Of a DNA stretch of 50,097 nucleotides, positions 24,381-37,334 are shown piece by piece. The DNA comes from Girardia tigrina (Eukaryota). The stretch spans positions 1-50,097 of the forward strand of contig MQRK01193996.1 in NCBI GenBank assembly GCA_001938485.1, in the 5' to 3' direction. The notes under the pieces are model-generated. The model saw only the letters and a list, made by a program, of their open reading frames with translations, was not told the DNA's origin and did not search any database. Every line of letters begins with the position of its first letter. Position 1 is the first letter of the stretch. Position numbers and translations under genes: made by a program.

Positions 24381-26249
24381 TATATATGTTAATTTATTCA
24401 ATTTTGCATAAATCATATTTTGTTTTTCTTTATCAATTTTTACAATGTTTATTAATTTGAAATATAAATTTAAATTTTTAAAATGATTTTAATGGACATG
24501 TCCTATAAAAATTCAGTTCCTAAATAATTTTTCTTTAATTTTGAAATGCAATTATAAATTTTTTTAATGAGAATTTCCGTTGACGATTAAATTCAATAAA
24601 ACATTATGATTTTTATTTTAGAACTTGGTTTTAAAATATTCAATAAATTATTTTTTTAATAAAACTTATTTCATTTTAATTAGTAAAAATATTATTTTTT
24701 AATTTATCTCAAATAAAATTATGATTTTTAATTTAAAAATATCAAAAATTTACAGTTCACCGAAAAGAGCATAACAATATGTATATATGTATATATATAT
24801 ATATATATATATCTTTGTGATTTTCTCCAGTTTCCAACGGTATCTTAATTAGATTGTTTAAACTCTTTTACTGACTTTTATGACAATTACTGCACAGCAT
24901 ATTTTTTGTTATACATAATACAATTTAGTATCAAAACTTCGTTTTATTTTAAATTTATAAATACCTGTACTAATACTGGTATCCCGGGTTTATCTAATTA
25001 GATTATCGAAATACCGGTTTTTACTTTTGACAAGGTATTGCAATCTCTAATCTTGATTACTCACGAATGTCAAGCTTATGTATTTGCTGAATCTGTCACT
25101 TTTTAAAAAGATCCATTTCGCCTCATTTACTGCAAATTGTGTTCTACAGGAATCCATATAAATGTCATGTAAGGGACTCGGAGACACCAACTCATAATTT
25201 TTTTTTTTTTTTTTTTTCCATGTGTAAGATTTTGAAATTTGATATTTTGCACACTCCTTCTAATTCCACTTCATAATAAAAGTAAAAACTTTTTGACACA
25301 AAGAATAAGTTTTCCGCTTTATTATATATAAAACAATAATGAACTAAAACAAAAATTACAAGGATTTAGTGAACATATTTCATTGTACAAATGGAAAAAA
25401 TGAAGGTTTTATTAATCTCAAAAAAGAATTTGTGATAAAGAAAGAAACAATACTAAAGTTATTAGAACTAACAGATATAGTTATGATTTGGTAGAGTCAG
25501 TAAATAAAATACTGTCGTAACGAAAACTGGTCAGACTGAGATATTGTTTCTTCATAAATTTGGATGTAATTGATCCGATTTTTTGAGTAAGCAAGTGAGA
25601 AAAAATTCTTCAAGAACTCGGTAAAATTAATCAATCCAAGGTGATTAATTATAATTTTTATATTTTTAATCCATAATGTATATTAAAATATATATTATTA
25701 ATTTAAAATGTTCTTTTTATAAAATGTTTAGATTTAATTTTAACCAATTAAAATCTTTGTCATTAATAATTATTAATAAAACCTTTTTATTTATTGTAAA
25801 ATTAGTATGAATTTAAAAATTTATTGATCAAGAAAAATGTCGAATAGCGAAAGCCTTTTGAGTAATTGTTGTCATAACAATTCTGATTGTGATGTTAATA
25901 AATATTTAAAAAATCATATTGATGTTGTTAATACATCTTTTATTTACTTTAAAATCTGTAGTGTCAGAGTCCTTTATTTTATTCATTATATTCATTATTT
26001 CTAAATAATCTTGCTTTCATGGAATTTGCGATACTTCTGTGTTTAGTGCCAACATTCGCATTATCGTCTTGATCATTTTTCTTTGTTCATGTTGTGCAAA
26101 ATTTGATGGTCTGTTCTAGACCAAGCTTAAGTATTTATATATAATACACTTTTTTGTATTCTAACATAATATCAAGATTACTAAAATAGTTCATCCTCTT
26201 TTGGAATTGAGGCTTCATGAGTTTCTTCGTTTGCATCATAAATTCTTTG

Positions 26250-26700
26250 ACTTTATTCGAGTGCTCAATATTCAACTTTGCGTTTCAATATCGTTTTCGA
26301 TCCAATGGCCTCTTCTTCATCTTTAATACTTTCTGCAGACAAGACTGCTCTAAAAGTATCAAGGGATGCATCCGTATCCAGTATAAATTGCTTTTGAAAA
26401 TCAGGATAGCAAAAAATCGGGGTCAATGTCAATGCTTTTGTTTAGGTTTGCGAATGTCTCTGTATGAGTTTATGTCCAATATATTGTGTCTTTGCCTCTA
26501 TCACAAAGCTCCTCTAACACCTTATTAAATTTCGAATATTGTTGAATAAATTTCCTGTAAAAGTTGCGTATTCCATTTATGGTGCTTGAAATACTTAATT
26601 GCTCCAATCTATTCTGAATCATTCTTAACATCGTCTTTTTCACAATTTGACCCAAAAACTCTTTTTAAAACAATTTACACTTTCTCGGATTTATTCAAAG
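26250..26700 (-). mobile_element. Gypsy/Ty3 pol fragment (RT connection to RNase H)
   Basis: GIRNFYRKFIQQYS...YWT, and in another frame KALTLTPIFCYPDFQKQFILDTDASLDTFRAVLS. Confidence 0.85.
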
Positions 26701-27449
26701 TCACATTACTTAGATCCTTGAGAATACTTAACTAGTATTTTCAGATGTTTTGTGTTTTCAACTTTCGCTTTAATCTTCTCGATTCCTAAAAAAAGCTTTG
26801 ATTTTGAGATTTTCTACGAAGTGGATAAAAACTTAAGACATGAGCTCTTGCTTCTTCCATCTCTGGAGCAATTATCTATTCACAATATTTTCAATTTTGT
26901 TTAAAAATACCAGCACAGTATCCAATCCTTTCTGTTAATTCATAAATTCTTGAAGATCTTTAATTGACAATGTCGGTTTCTGTAAACATCTTTTTAATCC
27001 ATCTACAAAGTCAATTATCTTCAGATCAACATACTCTTATTTAGTAAATAGTTCCAATCAAAGCCTTCACCATCAGTCCATAGATCAGAATTTGCTAATT
27101 TGAAAAATCTATTTTCCATAGGTGATGAATTCTTCTAAATTACGGCGCTAATCATAAACCTTCGATGCTAGGCTTTTTTATAGCACTAGGCGTAGCAACC
27201 ATTTATGTAAAATTATGCATAATAACTAATGAGTATATACACTTTTTTTAACAATTTGTACTGGTAATTTTACCTAAAATCTATCTCATGTTGCTGACTA
27301 TTATTCTGTAATTCAATGTGGAAGTGAAAAAATATAAATAACCTTCAATAAACATTTTTAACAAAAGAAAGGACGGGTCTAAACACGATGAAAAAAGCTT
27401 TGTCTGCATTAAAAAAATGGAAAGATACACACTTGATTTCTGAATATTC

Positions 27450-28079
27450 TAGGGTGCGGTCCTTACCCTGCCCGTGCCAGTAACATTTTGCCCATCCGTG
27501 CCCATGTCTGTATTTTAATGCCCGTGCTCTACGGACATGGACCTTACTAAATATTTAAGTAAGTAGTTAATTTTAAAATTCTAATAAAATTAATATTTGA
27601 TTTTTTATCAATTCTTGTGTTTTTTAATATTAAACAAAAATAATAAGTTCATCTAGTCAACAGTCACTTTTCAATTTTAACTTTTCAAAGATTGAAAAAG
27701 AATCTTTTTTTCTCATTATCAGATACCTCTAAATCTGTCTTAACTTTATGCTGTTCCAAACATGTTTTATCGTGAATTATCAATAATGCCAAAAATATGA
27801 TTGCTACTACTAATGTAGTTTCTTCTAAATGACTCTTAAAATAGTAGTAGTAGTTATTTCTACCCTTAAAATGTGTCGCTCATTGTATAAATCTTATTTT
27901 CCTTTATTTGGTTTTATTAATGTATTAATATATTATATAAAATGTATTATATATATATATATATATTATATTATATAAAAATTAATGAAATCCGAACCCA
28001 TGCCCGTGCCCAGCCCGTAACCCGTACCACCTTTCCGATGTCCTTAAAATTGGCCCGTGCCCATACGGGCCGCACCTTA
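27450..28079. mobile_element. Non-autonomous hAT-like element
   Basis: TIRs TAGGGTGCGGTCC / GGGCCGCACCTTA, multiple GCCCGT(G) subterminal motifs at both ends, and GAATATT in both flanks (approximate 8-bp target duplication). Confidence 0.8.
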
Positions 28080-29654
28080 GGAATATTTTAACAAATATTG
28101 ATAAATCTTTTATCGATATTTAAGGGAATTTTTGTAATAATATCCTTAACATGTCTTAAGGATAATTTTTCTAACACTTATTAGGGATTGATAAATTATT
28201 AATAAATGATTAATTGATTTGATTAGAAAAATGTCGGCCAATGAAGCTGTAAAACATAATCATATTTACCTTTGATCACATAATGAATTACATACAACTA
28301 CTACGCAACCTTTTACACAACTTCTTAAAATGTTTACTTGATTCATGCAAGATATAGACGTAACACTGCCAATATTGTGTAGCCATTCCCTTATTTTGAA
28401 GGTTTGCCCTCGTTAAAATGGAGTAAAATAAATTGAGGTCTTTGCCATTTGATCTACAGAACCAAAAATGTTTTTGAAGTTGCTGAATATTCGATTAATG
28501 TAGAAATTTCAATAATTGGCGATTTATTTTCATTACTATCAATCATGAAAGAATGAACTTACAAAACAAATTATTATATTACTTTTGAACGTCTATTAAT
28601 TACGAATAATTATAATAACAAAAAATAAACTGACATTATATTGAAATATTTATATAAATAAATTAACAATGCGTTTCAACTAATTTTGTTTATTAATTTA
28701 TTAAAAGAAAAATGACATTTATGATTGATTACGTCTTCTCTCATAAAACTAAAACAAAATAAATCATTTCATTACAATAAAACAATTAGATAAAATTATA
28801 AAATCAAACTCTAAAATATAAATTTTAATATGAATGCTGAAAAGAAAATTTTTTTAATATATATATATATATATATNNNNNNNNNNNNNNNNNNNNNNNN
28901 NNNNNNNNNNNNNNNNNNNNNNNNNNNNNNNNNNNNNNNNNNNNNNNNNNNNNNNNNNNNNNNNNNNNNNNNNNNNNNNNNNNNNNNNNNNNNNNNNNNN
29001 NNNNNNNNNNNNNNNNNNNNNNNNNNNNNNNNNNNNNNNNNNNNNNNNNNNNNNNNNNNNNNNNNNNNNNNNNNNNNNNNNNNNNNNNNNNNNNNNNNNN
29101 NNNNNNNNNNNNNNNNNNNNNNNNNNNNNNNNNNNNNNNNNNNNNNNNNNNNNNNNNNNNNNNNNNNNNNNNNNNNNNNNNNNNNNNNNNNNNNCAGGAT
29201 ACTGATATTTTCGTAATGTTTCAATTTTAATTTATAACCCTAACTTTTCTCCTTTACAGGATACTTGAATTTTACCCTATATTATTAAAAATCAAATTTA
29301 CCGTACATTCAGTAAAATTTTCTTTGAGTAATCTTTTGTGTGACATATGACTGAAATAACTATTGCTTATATACTAAATTTTCATAACCTTGAAAATTGA
29401 AAAACTAAAACAAATCTTAAAATATTTTCAAATATTTATAAATTTCAAAAAATAATTATTATAATAATCAAAAAATTATTAATTTAACTAGAATATTATT
29501 TTTAATTTTTTATTTGTTTTTTAAAAAAAATTAATTTATATTTTACGGAACCCCAACATATATATATATATAAATTATTGGGTCATTTTAAGATCTTCGG
29601 AGCATTTTGAAATGATATATCCTACAAACCTTACCGAATTTTAAAACAATTTAA

Positions 29655-29964
29655 AATTTACAATCGCATCTAAGTAATTTCCAACACAGCCCCTTCTGAT
29701 TATCATCTATTTCGGTCTCTCTTACACTTATTACAAGGGAGACCCATTGGTTCAGAAGCAGAGTTCAAAACTGGAATCGCAGATTTTTTTACATCTAAGA
29801 TACCTGTATTAAATTGCCATTGGATTGAGAAGTCGATAGAAAGATGAATTCGAGTCTTTAAAAATGATGGACTGTATTTCGAGGAATAATATTGTCAGTA
29901 TCATAAAATTTTGTGTAAGTATAAAAGTCACATAAAAACATGAATAACTTTAGACTCAACCTAA
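29655..29964 (+). mobile_element. Mariner 3' fragment
   Basis: APSDYHLFRSL...IEKSIER*IRVFKNDGLYFEE*, then a TIR ending ...CTCAACCTAA|TA. Confidence 0.85.
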
Positions 29965-31381
29965 TATATACTCTAAAACTTCTAATAATCCCCCAGTACA
30001 GCTATTTCTTCTCATCAAATTTTTTCTCCAGAATAATCCCCCACTTCTAATACTTTCGCACGCTGAAAAAAGACTGTCTGCGTGGCAAAACTGCTCAGTG
30101 ATTGCAATCTGATGTTTGTAAGCGTACCAAATCTGATAGAATAAAACCTCCGCCATGCGAGCTGATTTCAAAATGGGTTAATATTGCTTGGGATACTCTT
30201 TAAAAAGAACTGATTATAAAAAGTTTTTATTTATGTTTCTTATATGAATGAATGAACTTACTTATTGCCAAAGATGCACAATTTGATATCAAATTTTGAA
30301 AAAAAAATTGTGCTAGTATAAATCATTAAGTTTTTGATGGAATATATATATATATATATATATATATAATTGATTGAGTCTTAACGTATTGACAAAATGT
30401 AATAGTTATAAATAAAATACTATAAATCAATTATAGAATATAAGGCAACTTTTTATTATAAATTAATTATTTTTCCTTTTTATTTTTATTTTTAAAACAG
30501 GTAAAAAAATAATTTTTACAGTCAAGCCGAAATATTTACAGTTTGACCGTTTCCCTCATTTATATCCATCAAATAGGAATATATGTCAAACATGTACGAT
30601 TTACTAAATATGAATCTTCATTAAATTAAAAAATATACATAAATATTAAATTTTTTTCAGATAATTTGTCATTTTTAATGTTTCTAATTGAAGTTTAAAT
30701 TCTTTTTAATGTGAATTACAAAAATTATTTTGCTTTTTGCAATTTAAGAAAATTACCAAAAAAAGTTTTGAAAAATAGTCTGAAAACGTATTATTATTAT
30801 TAATATTATTATTAATAAAGAAAAAATTAATAAATAAAACACATAATTTAACATTATAAAAACATTTTTTAGAAATTAAAAAAAATCTTGTTTGCTTTTA
30901 ATTGATGAAATTCAATGAGACTCATCGCGAAGAACAATCGCCTTTAAGTATCCTCTCTATTTAAACAATAAATTATTTTTGTTTCAAATAAAATTGATAA
31001 TTAAAATGTTTTTTTTTAATTTTATATTTCTCTTAGTATATTTTAACAGTTAAAAAACATTTGAAAGCTATTCATTTTTTTCTATTTTTATGTTTATAGA
31101 AATTATGAAACATACATATATCTATATATAATTGAATCTTGTGAATGATAATTTTATATTTTTGAAAAATAATTTAGAAATTTTTTTTAGAAATAGACTA
31201 TTTGGAAATTCTTTTTTATCCCTAGCAATTATAGTTTAATATTTGTAAGTATTTGAATCGTGAACAAAGTCGATAATCAAAATTTACAAATTTATTAAAA
31301 CTACAAACACATTAACATTATTTAAACAAATTATTGAGGAACTACATTTTCTTTTTTCGCAAAAACCAGTTTCTACATTTC

Positions 31382-31420
<39 letters not shown>

Positions 31421-31422
<2 letters not shown>

Positions 31423-31736
31423 CGAAAATATAATTTAATTAAAGCTTTTTTTATACAACTATTGGACATGTTTCGATGTTTATATACATCATCATCAGCA
31501 ATTNNNNNNNNNNNNNNNNNNNNNNNNNNNNNNNNNNNNNNNNNNNNNNNNNNNNNNNNNNNNNNNNNNNNNNNNNNNNNNNNNNNNNNNNNNNNNNNNN
31601 NNNNNNNNNNNNNNNNNTATTGGGTAATATGGCAAAAGTATTTTAATTAAAAATTTTAAGTATTGAAATAACCTTACTTTGCCCATTCTGAATGTTAATT
31701 GATGGGTTGTAGTGTCTTATTAGTAGAGATTCACAA
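31421..31736 (-). mobile_element. Penelope-like element 3' segment (GIY-YIG tail, pLTR, hammerhead) ending at (TA)n
   Basis: 31630-31736 is the reverse complement of about 24270-24379, and 31421-31474 matches 22503-22558. Confidence 0.9.
31461..31502 (-). ncRNA. Minimal type-I hammerhead ribozyme (PLE-associated)
   Basis: RNA AUUG-CUGAUGA-U-GAUGU-AUAUAA-ACAUC-GAAA-CAUG-UC-CAAU: stem I AUUG/CAAU, stem II GAUGU/ACAUC, a palindromic CAUG in place of helix III, and a GUC cleavage triplet. Confidence 0.88.
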
Positions 31737-32194
31737 TTTTTAATTAAAATAGTTTTGATTTTACTTTTAATATTCGGGTATTAATTTATTTTAAACATGA
31801 AATTTGTAGTCAAATAATTTTTTAAACGTTACACAAAATATAATTTCTAATTAAAAATTTTTTAAAACATTATATTATTCTCGGTATTTAAGTATTTCCC
31901 AAGATTTTTTAATATTGAAACTTATCTTTATTATTTTGTAAAATTAATTTTCTTTTAGATTTTTAAAATTTGATCTTTAATAATTTATATTTTATTTTGA
32001 TTTTTGTCAAAGGATTTTAATTTTATCATATATAAATATTTAAATATTAAATTCGAAAATTCTATTGTTCGCCAAGATTCAAACAGTAATTTTTAATGTT
32101 AGTTTTATAAAATGTTACTTTTAAAAGAATGATTTTTTATATATTTTTTTTATTCAAGATATTATTCACTAATAATGGCGAAGTATTTTAAAAT

Positions 32195-32290
32195 TTTATT
32201 AGAAATTTTAAAATTTAAAACATTTTTACTTTGTTGAATGCTTATTAATAGGTTGTAGTGCCTAAGTAATAATGATTCATAGAACTGAAG
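32195..32290 (-). mobile_element. Diverged PLE GIY-YIG C-terminal fragment
   Basis: LQFYESLLLRHYNLLISIQQSKNVLNFKI, similar to QFCESLLIRHYNPSINIQ at about 24265-24320. Confidence 0.6.
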
Positions 32291-32644
32291 CAAGCTGGGT
32301 AGACACGAATGAATCACCAAAACATAGTGTAAAGTGCAACATTTGCCAAAAAAGCTGATGATGAGTGTTTGGTGATTTGCCACAAATATATTCAATTATG
32401 ACTTCATGAAACCTCATTCTTCAATCACAGCAGACAAAATGCTGAAGCTCAAAACAAAACAGTCGAGTTAAGTAAACAGGTCGACTTCCATCTTACTCCA
32501 CAACAAGAACTTGATTTGGAACTTTGCATCATAAGAATACCAAGGAGTTCTATGGGAGAATCTGAACACAATAATATATCGCAATATGAACTAACAAAAT
32601 ATCTTCACTGTAAATTGAAGTAACTTTTAAAAAAGAGTAGGAAA

Positions 32645-32740
32645 AATAAAATAATGAATTCTTTTGATGTTGTTTCTCATTTCACAAATATTTCTTAGAA
32701 TATTTCGTTCGACTTATGTTTAAATCTGTGGAAAGATCTT
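32645..32740 (+). mobile_element. PLE reverse transcriptase motif remnant
   Basis: MNSFDVVSHFTNI, versus the PLE RT consensus SFDVxSLFTNIP. Confidence 0.55.
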
Positions 32741-33994
32741 TCAAATCTTTGATAGAGTAAAAAAAAATCCAATGTGCTCATTCTTTAACAATTCCTCTTT
32801 ATTCACTAGAATTCCACTGATATATTTAAATTAAGGAATGCCTTTATGATTAAGTGACAAATTAGTTGCATGAATTCTTTTCACATGTAGGTTTACGACT
32901 TCTTGAGAACTTATGAGAAATCTTATGATCCCACTTCTATCCAAATTTAATGTAAAAAATACCCAAGATATGGAGGAGTGATTACTGACTACCACCAGTA
33001 CAAGGATAAGCAAGTTTCATTAAATGAACATTGCAAACCATCTTCTTAACTTGTTAAAAATAGGATAATATTGGATAACATATTATTAATAACTTATTAT
33101 ATATTAAAAATAAATTAAAAAAATAAATTAAAAAATAAATTAAAAAAATAAAAAATAAATAAATTAAAATATATAATTAATAAATAAAATTTAAGAATTA
33201 GATGTATAAAATTTATTTTTAGCATTTTATGTTAAATATCAATTTTATGTTCAATAACAAATTTTCGATTCTTTTTAAAAGTAAGTTTTGTGAATTGATA
33301 AAACATTATATAATATTTCCAATGAACAAAAGGTCGCATCAACCCTAAATCCTTTAGTTTAATAAAATTTAATATTAATATTAAAATGACAATTATTTTC
33401 ACTTCAATCTTTTAATCTTTTCTTGTATCTCCTCGGTCGCGTTATCTACCCTATGGTAATCTCTAGGAACAGCTACCAGCATAATTTGTATAAAAGTATT
33501 TGATATTTTATGTGAAAAATAGTGGTTTTCATAGTTACAACTTCCATTATAATTTACATTAAAAAGTTTATTTTGTTTATTTTTTGGATATTAAATAAAT
33601 CTTTTTTTGGAATTTACAATTGACAGCTGTCTAAACAAATGTTCCTCTTCCTTGTTTCATTCAAATAAACCCGAATGAGACGAAAACATCTCCAGCATTT
33701 TATTTCGAGAAATAGCAATCTAAATTTACTTTTCTAAATCCAAAAATCAGATAATTTTTATTCAATAATTATTTTATTTTATTGTGGCTGGTTAAGATTT
33801 ATAAATAACTTCCTTCGTTGGCCCTAAACATTTGACAGAAAGTAATTTATGGAAGAAGAAGCTCAATACTTTCCAAATGCTTCTGGAAGACAGCTAACTA
33901 ACTGCACAAAAGAGTTTAAGCTCTAAGATACTTTTGTTGGATAAGAAAAATAATTGTATTTTTAAGAGTTTTGTTAATGAAGTTAAAACAAGTA

Positions 33995-35257
33995 CCAGGT
34001 GTTGTTGAAGTCCTTTCAAAAACGCATTTTAAACAGATAAACATTTATATTTCAGAAAATAAAAAAATACTGGAATGAAAATTTAAATTGTATTTGAATG
34101 GAAGTTTTATGAACAATTTATTCAAAATGATGCACGACGGTTTCCAGACATTTCCTGAATGCGGCACAGACTTTCACTACAAACACATTTGACAGATTCT
34201 TCCAGAACTTCGCAACGGAATCCCATAGGATCTTGACACTTGTGTGAAGAGCATTGCAGGCTTCACTTTCTACATGTGTCCATATGGAGTAATCCAGAGG
34301 ATTCATATGTGGTGATGGTGGTGACCACTGGCCTTTGGTTGTAAAAAGTATGGCTTTGTCTTCAAAGGTCTTATTGATGGCTTGATAGGTTTAACGTGGT
34401 GCACCGTCTTGATAAAACTAAAATTCCCCCGAAGAAACTCTTTCTTCAGCCATGGCTGTACAGTTTGATTCAAAGCTTGTTGGTAACCTTTTATACTCAC
34501 TCTGTAAACAGCAGGAAAGAACACTGGGGCTGACTTTTCCATTTGCTGCCACTATGCTGGTAGCACTACGCTGGAAAGATGCTTTGTTCTGCTAATCGTT
34601 CATGTATAACTTATATAATCATCTCCTAAGCGATTGACACGGTTATTGTATCGGTTTCTTGATTAATCTACAGTGAAAGTTTTTTTTCGTCTTCAAAGAC
34701 ATTTACAATTCCAGATGGGCTGAACTTCTTGTCTTTCAAAACGACTTTACAACGTTCAAAGCGATTTTACTTCATTGTATTGGTTAGCGAAGATCTCTCG
34801 GTCAATATAAGACTCTTTTATTAAGATTCTTGACTGCACGAATGATCTGTTAATTGGAACACGAAATTATTAATTATGAACGGTGATTGATCGCTTTGAA
34901 TGGGCTGTGATGTTCCTTCTGAGGTGGGATAGATTTATTTTTGATTTTTGACCATTCTTACGCTTATCTTGCAGACGCTCGTTTGTAAGCAATTGTTTTT
35001 GGTCTCAATTTACTGTTCACACACGGGATCTCAGTTGCTCGAAAATTTCATTGTCAAGGTGGCTCCCGCCTAGAAATGTAACAATCTCAGAGTGTTGTGC
35101 GACAATTTCTTTACAAACAGATTGCTAAATATTATGTATTGATTAAAAAATGTCAATACTTATAACCTCTAAACAAAATATAAATAAATTGCTACATATC
35201 AACTTAAGGCTTAAATCTAGTGTCAAAGTCAATTGACAAGACTTTCAGAACACCCAG
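33995..35257 (-). mobile_element. Defective DD37D (maT/Bmmar1-like) transposon
   Basis: WSPSPPHMNPLDYSIWTHVESEAC...VCAAFRKCLETVV. Imperfect TIRs CCAGGTGTTGTTGAAGTCCTTTCAA and (reverse complement) CTGGGTGTTCTGAAAGTCTTGTCAA. Confidence 0.88.
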
Positions 35258-35811
35258 AATATGAAGATTAAACATGGCATCAGTTATATATTCATAAACT
35301 CTGATGATTGTTCAAAGAAGAAAAACTTCAATATGAATGCCGAAGGGGAAAATTAAAATTTTAAACAAAACATATTTTTTTTAAAATAAAATTTTATAAT
35401 GTTTTTGGAAATTTTAATTGCAGTAGGATAAAATTCATATAAATATTTTTAAATTGACGATAAATTTATTTTAAAAATCAAAAAACGTTCATCAAAATTT
35501 ATTGTGATCATTTGCAACGGATCAAAGGTCATCATCAAACTAAAATTATTAATGATAAAATTATTACGTGATCTATGATAATTTTTCTTTTACCCTTCTA
35601 TTATCAGTTAATTGTTACATAAAATCCTTATAATTATATTTAACCATAGAAGTTCATATATGTTCAATTATTGTCTAAAAATATAATTCAAAAATAATGA
35701 ATTTTTTCCTATTGTAGGAAAACTAATTTCAAAATATAAGTTAATCAATTGTTTCGAAAACATATATTATTTTGCAATATTGTTTGAAAGTTGTATTTTC
35801 ATTGCGTTAAA

Positions 35812-36930
35812 ATGAATTTGAGTCAAAAAGATATTTGAATGATGATAAATTACTGCTGGAAACGTAATTTGAATCCCCTCTCTATATGTAAAGAGATGAA
35901 TACAGCACTTGGAAGTGATTTTGTTCGTGAGAGCTCTTGCCGTTGATGGATAACACAGTTTAACAACGGCGATTTTAATGTTGAAGATCTACAGCGCTCT
36001 GGAAGGCCGTCAATGAACATTGATGACGCTATATTGCAACAGCTGGATTTGGACAAATACAGCACATGTCGCTTCATAGCACTTGAGTTGGAAATTTCCC
36101 CGGTGACAGCTCGAAATCATTTCATTCAGATTGGGAAAAGGTACCTGTGTAATCGATGGATCCCACATCTACTACACCCTGAACAAATGGCTACTAGAGA
36201 AAGAATATGCAATGAGCTGTTAGCAAAGCAATAAGCTTTTGATTTTCTTGGACAACTGGTAACCATGGATGAATCCTAGATATATTAGGACAATGAAGGC
36301 TCTCAAAATCATCATTCTTGGCGAAGAGAAAGAGACAATCCTCCAGTCGAAGTTCGTCGTATGCTTACACCCAGAAAGCACATGATTTCAGTTTTTTTGG
36401 TACTGCAAAGGTGTATTGCTAATAAAAGTTCTCCTCATGGAGAGACAATTTCTTTTGATACCTGCTGTTAACAGCTGGATCGTCTTGTTGCTGCAATACA
36501 ACAAAAGTGGAAGTGGCTTATGGGAGGAGGAGCTCAACAATTACTTACCTTTACGATAACGCCTGATTCCACACAGCTAACAAAACAGTAAATAAGCTGC
36601 AAAAAATCGGGGTAAATGTATTTCCCCATCCACCATACTTATCTGACCTCGCTCCCTCCGATTTTTATTTATTCTCCTCAATGAAAACGGCCATCCGAAG
36701 ACGAAATTAAAACTCCGTGGAAGAAGTTTAAGTGGTGTTATTGCATTGGGTTGAAGAGAAACCTCGCAATTTCTTCACCAAAGGAATTAGAAAACTCCCT
36801 GAACGGTGGGAGAAGCAGGTGGCTCACAATGGACAATACTTTGAACACATTAGAGAGAATGATGAAAATAACAAGAAATACTTATCTTTTACTTGTCTAT
36901 AAATCGGTCAAGACTTTCTGGACAGACCTG
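35812..36930 (+). mobile_element. Defective mariner (DD34D) lacking a recognisable 5' TIR
   Basis: MNLSQKDI*MMINYCWKR...EDLQRSGRP...WIPHLL...VTMDES*...YDNA...PHPPYLSDLAPSDFYLF...GIRKLPERW. The 3' TIR is GACTTTCTGGACAGACCTG. Confidence 0.9.
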
Positions 36931-37334
36931 CATTTCATTCTATCGACATCACTTACATTATACAAAGCGGTATTTATCAAAGTTAATTGTTTCGTCAAAT
37001 CATCCAATCTTTTATTTTCAACTTCCAGTATTCAAATCTTTTGATTGCAGTAGGATAAAACTCATATAAATATTTAAAAAATGCCGATACATTATTTTAA
37101 AAAAATCAAACTACGTTTGTTAAAATTTATTGTGATTAATTTATATAATTCATTTGTAATTTAATAATATTTAAATATATATGTACGTCATACATTTCCA
37201 ATTTAACTTAATTTGAAAATATATCATGAAAAGGTTATTCTTACAAATAATTAACAACAAGCAAAGTTAGACAACAAAGGTGTTGACTAGGGTCACCAAA
37301 TAAAATAAATTTCTATTAAAAAGTTATCACTCAC

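Noticed and set aside
28270-28453. Minus-strand exon candidate with plausible acceptor and donor
   Set aside because: All three frames contain stop codons between the sites.
22428-31686. Several long ORFs in the track that span N runs or (TA)n
   Set aside because: They are open only because N codons and IY repeats contain no stops.
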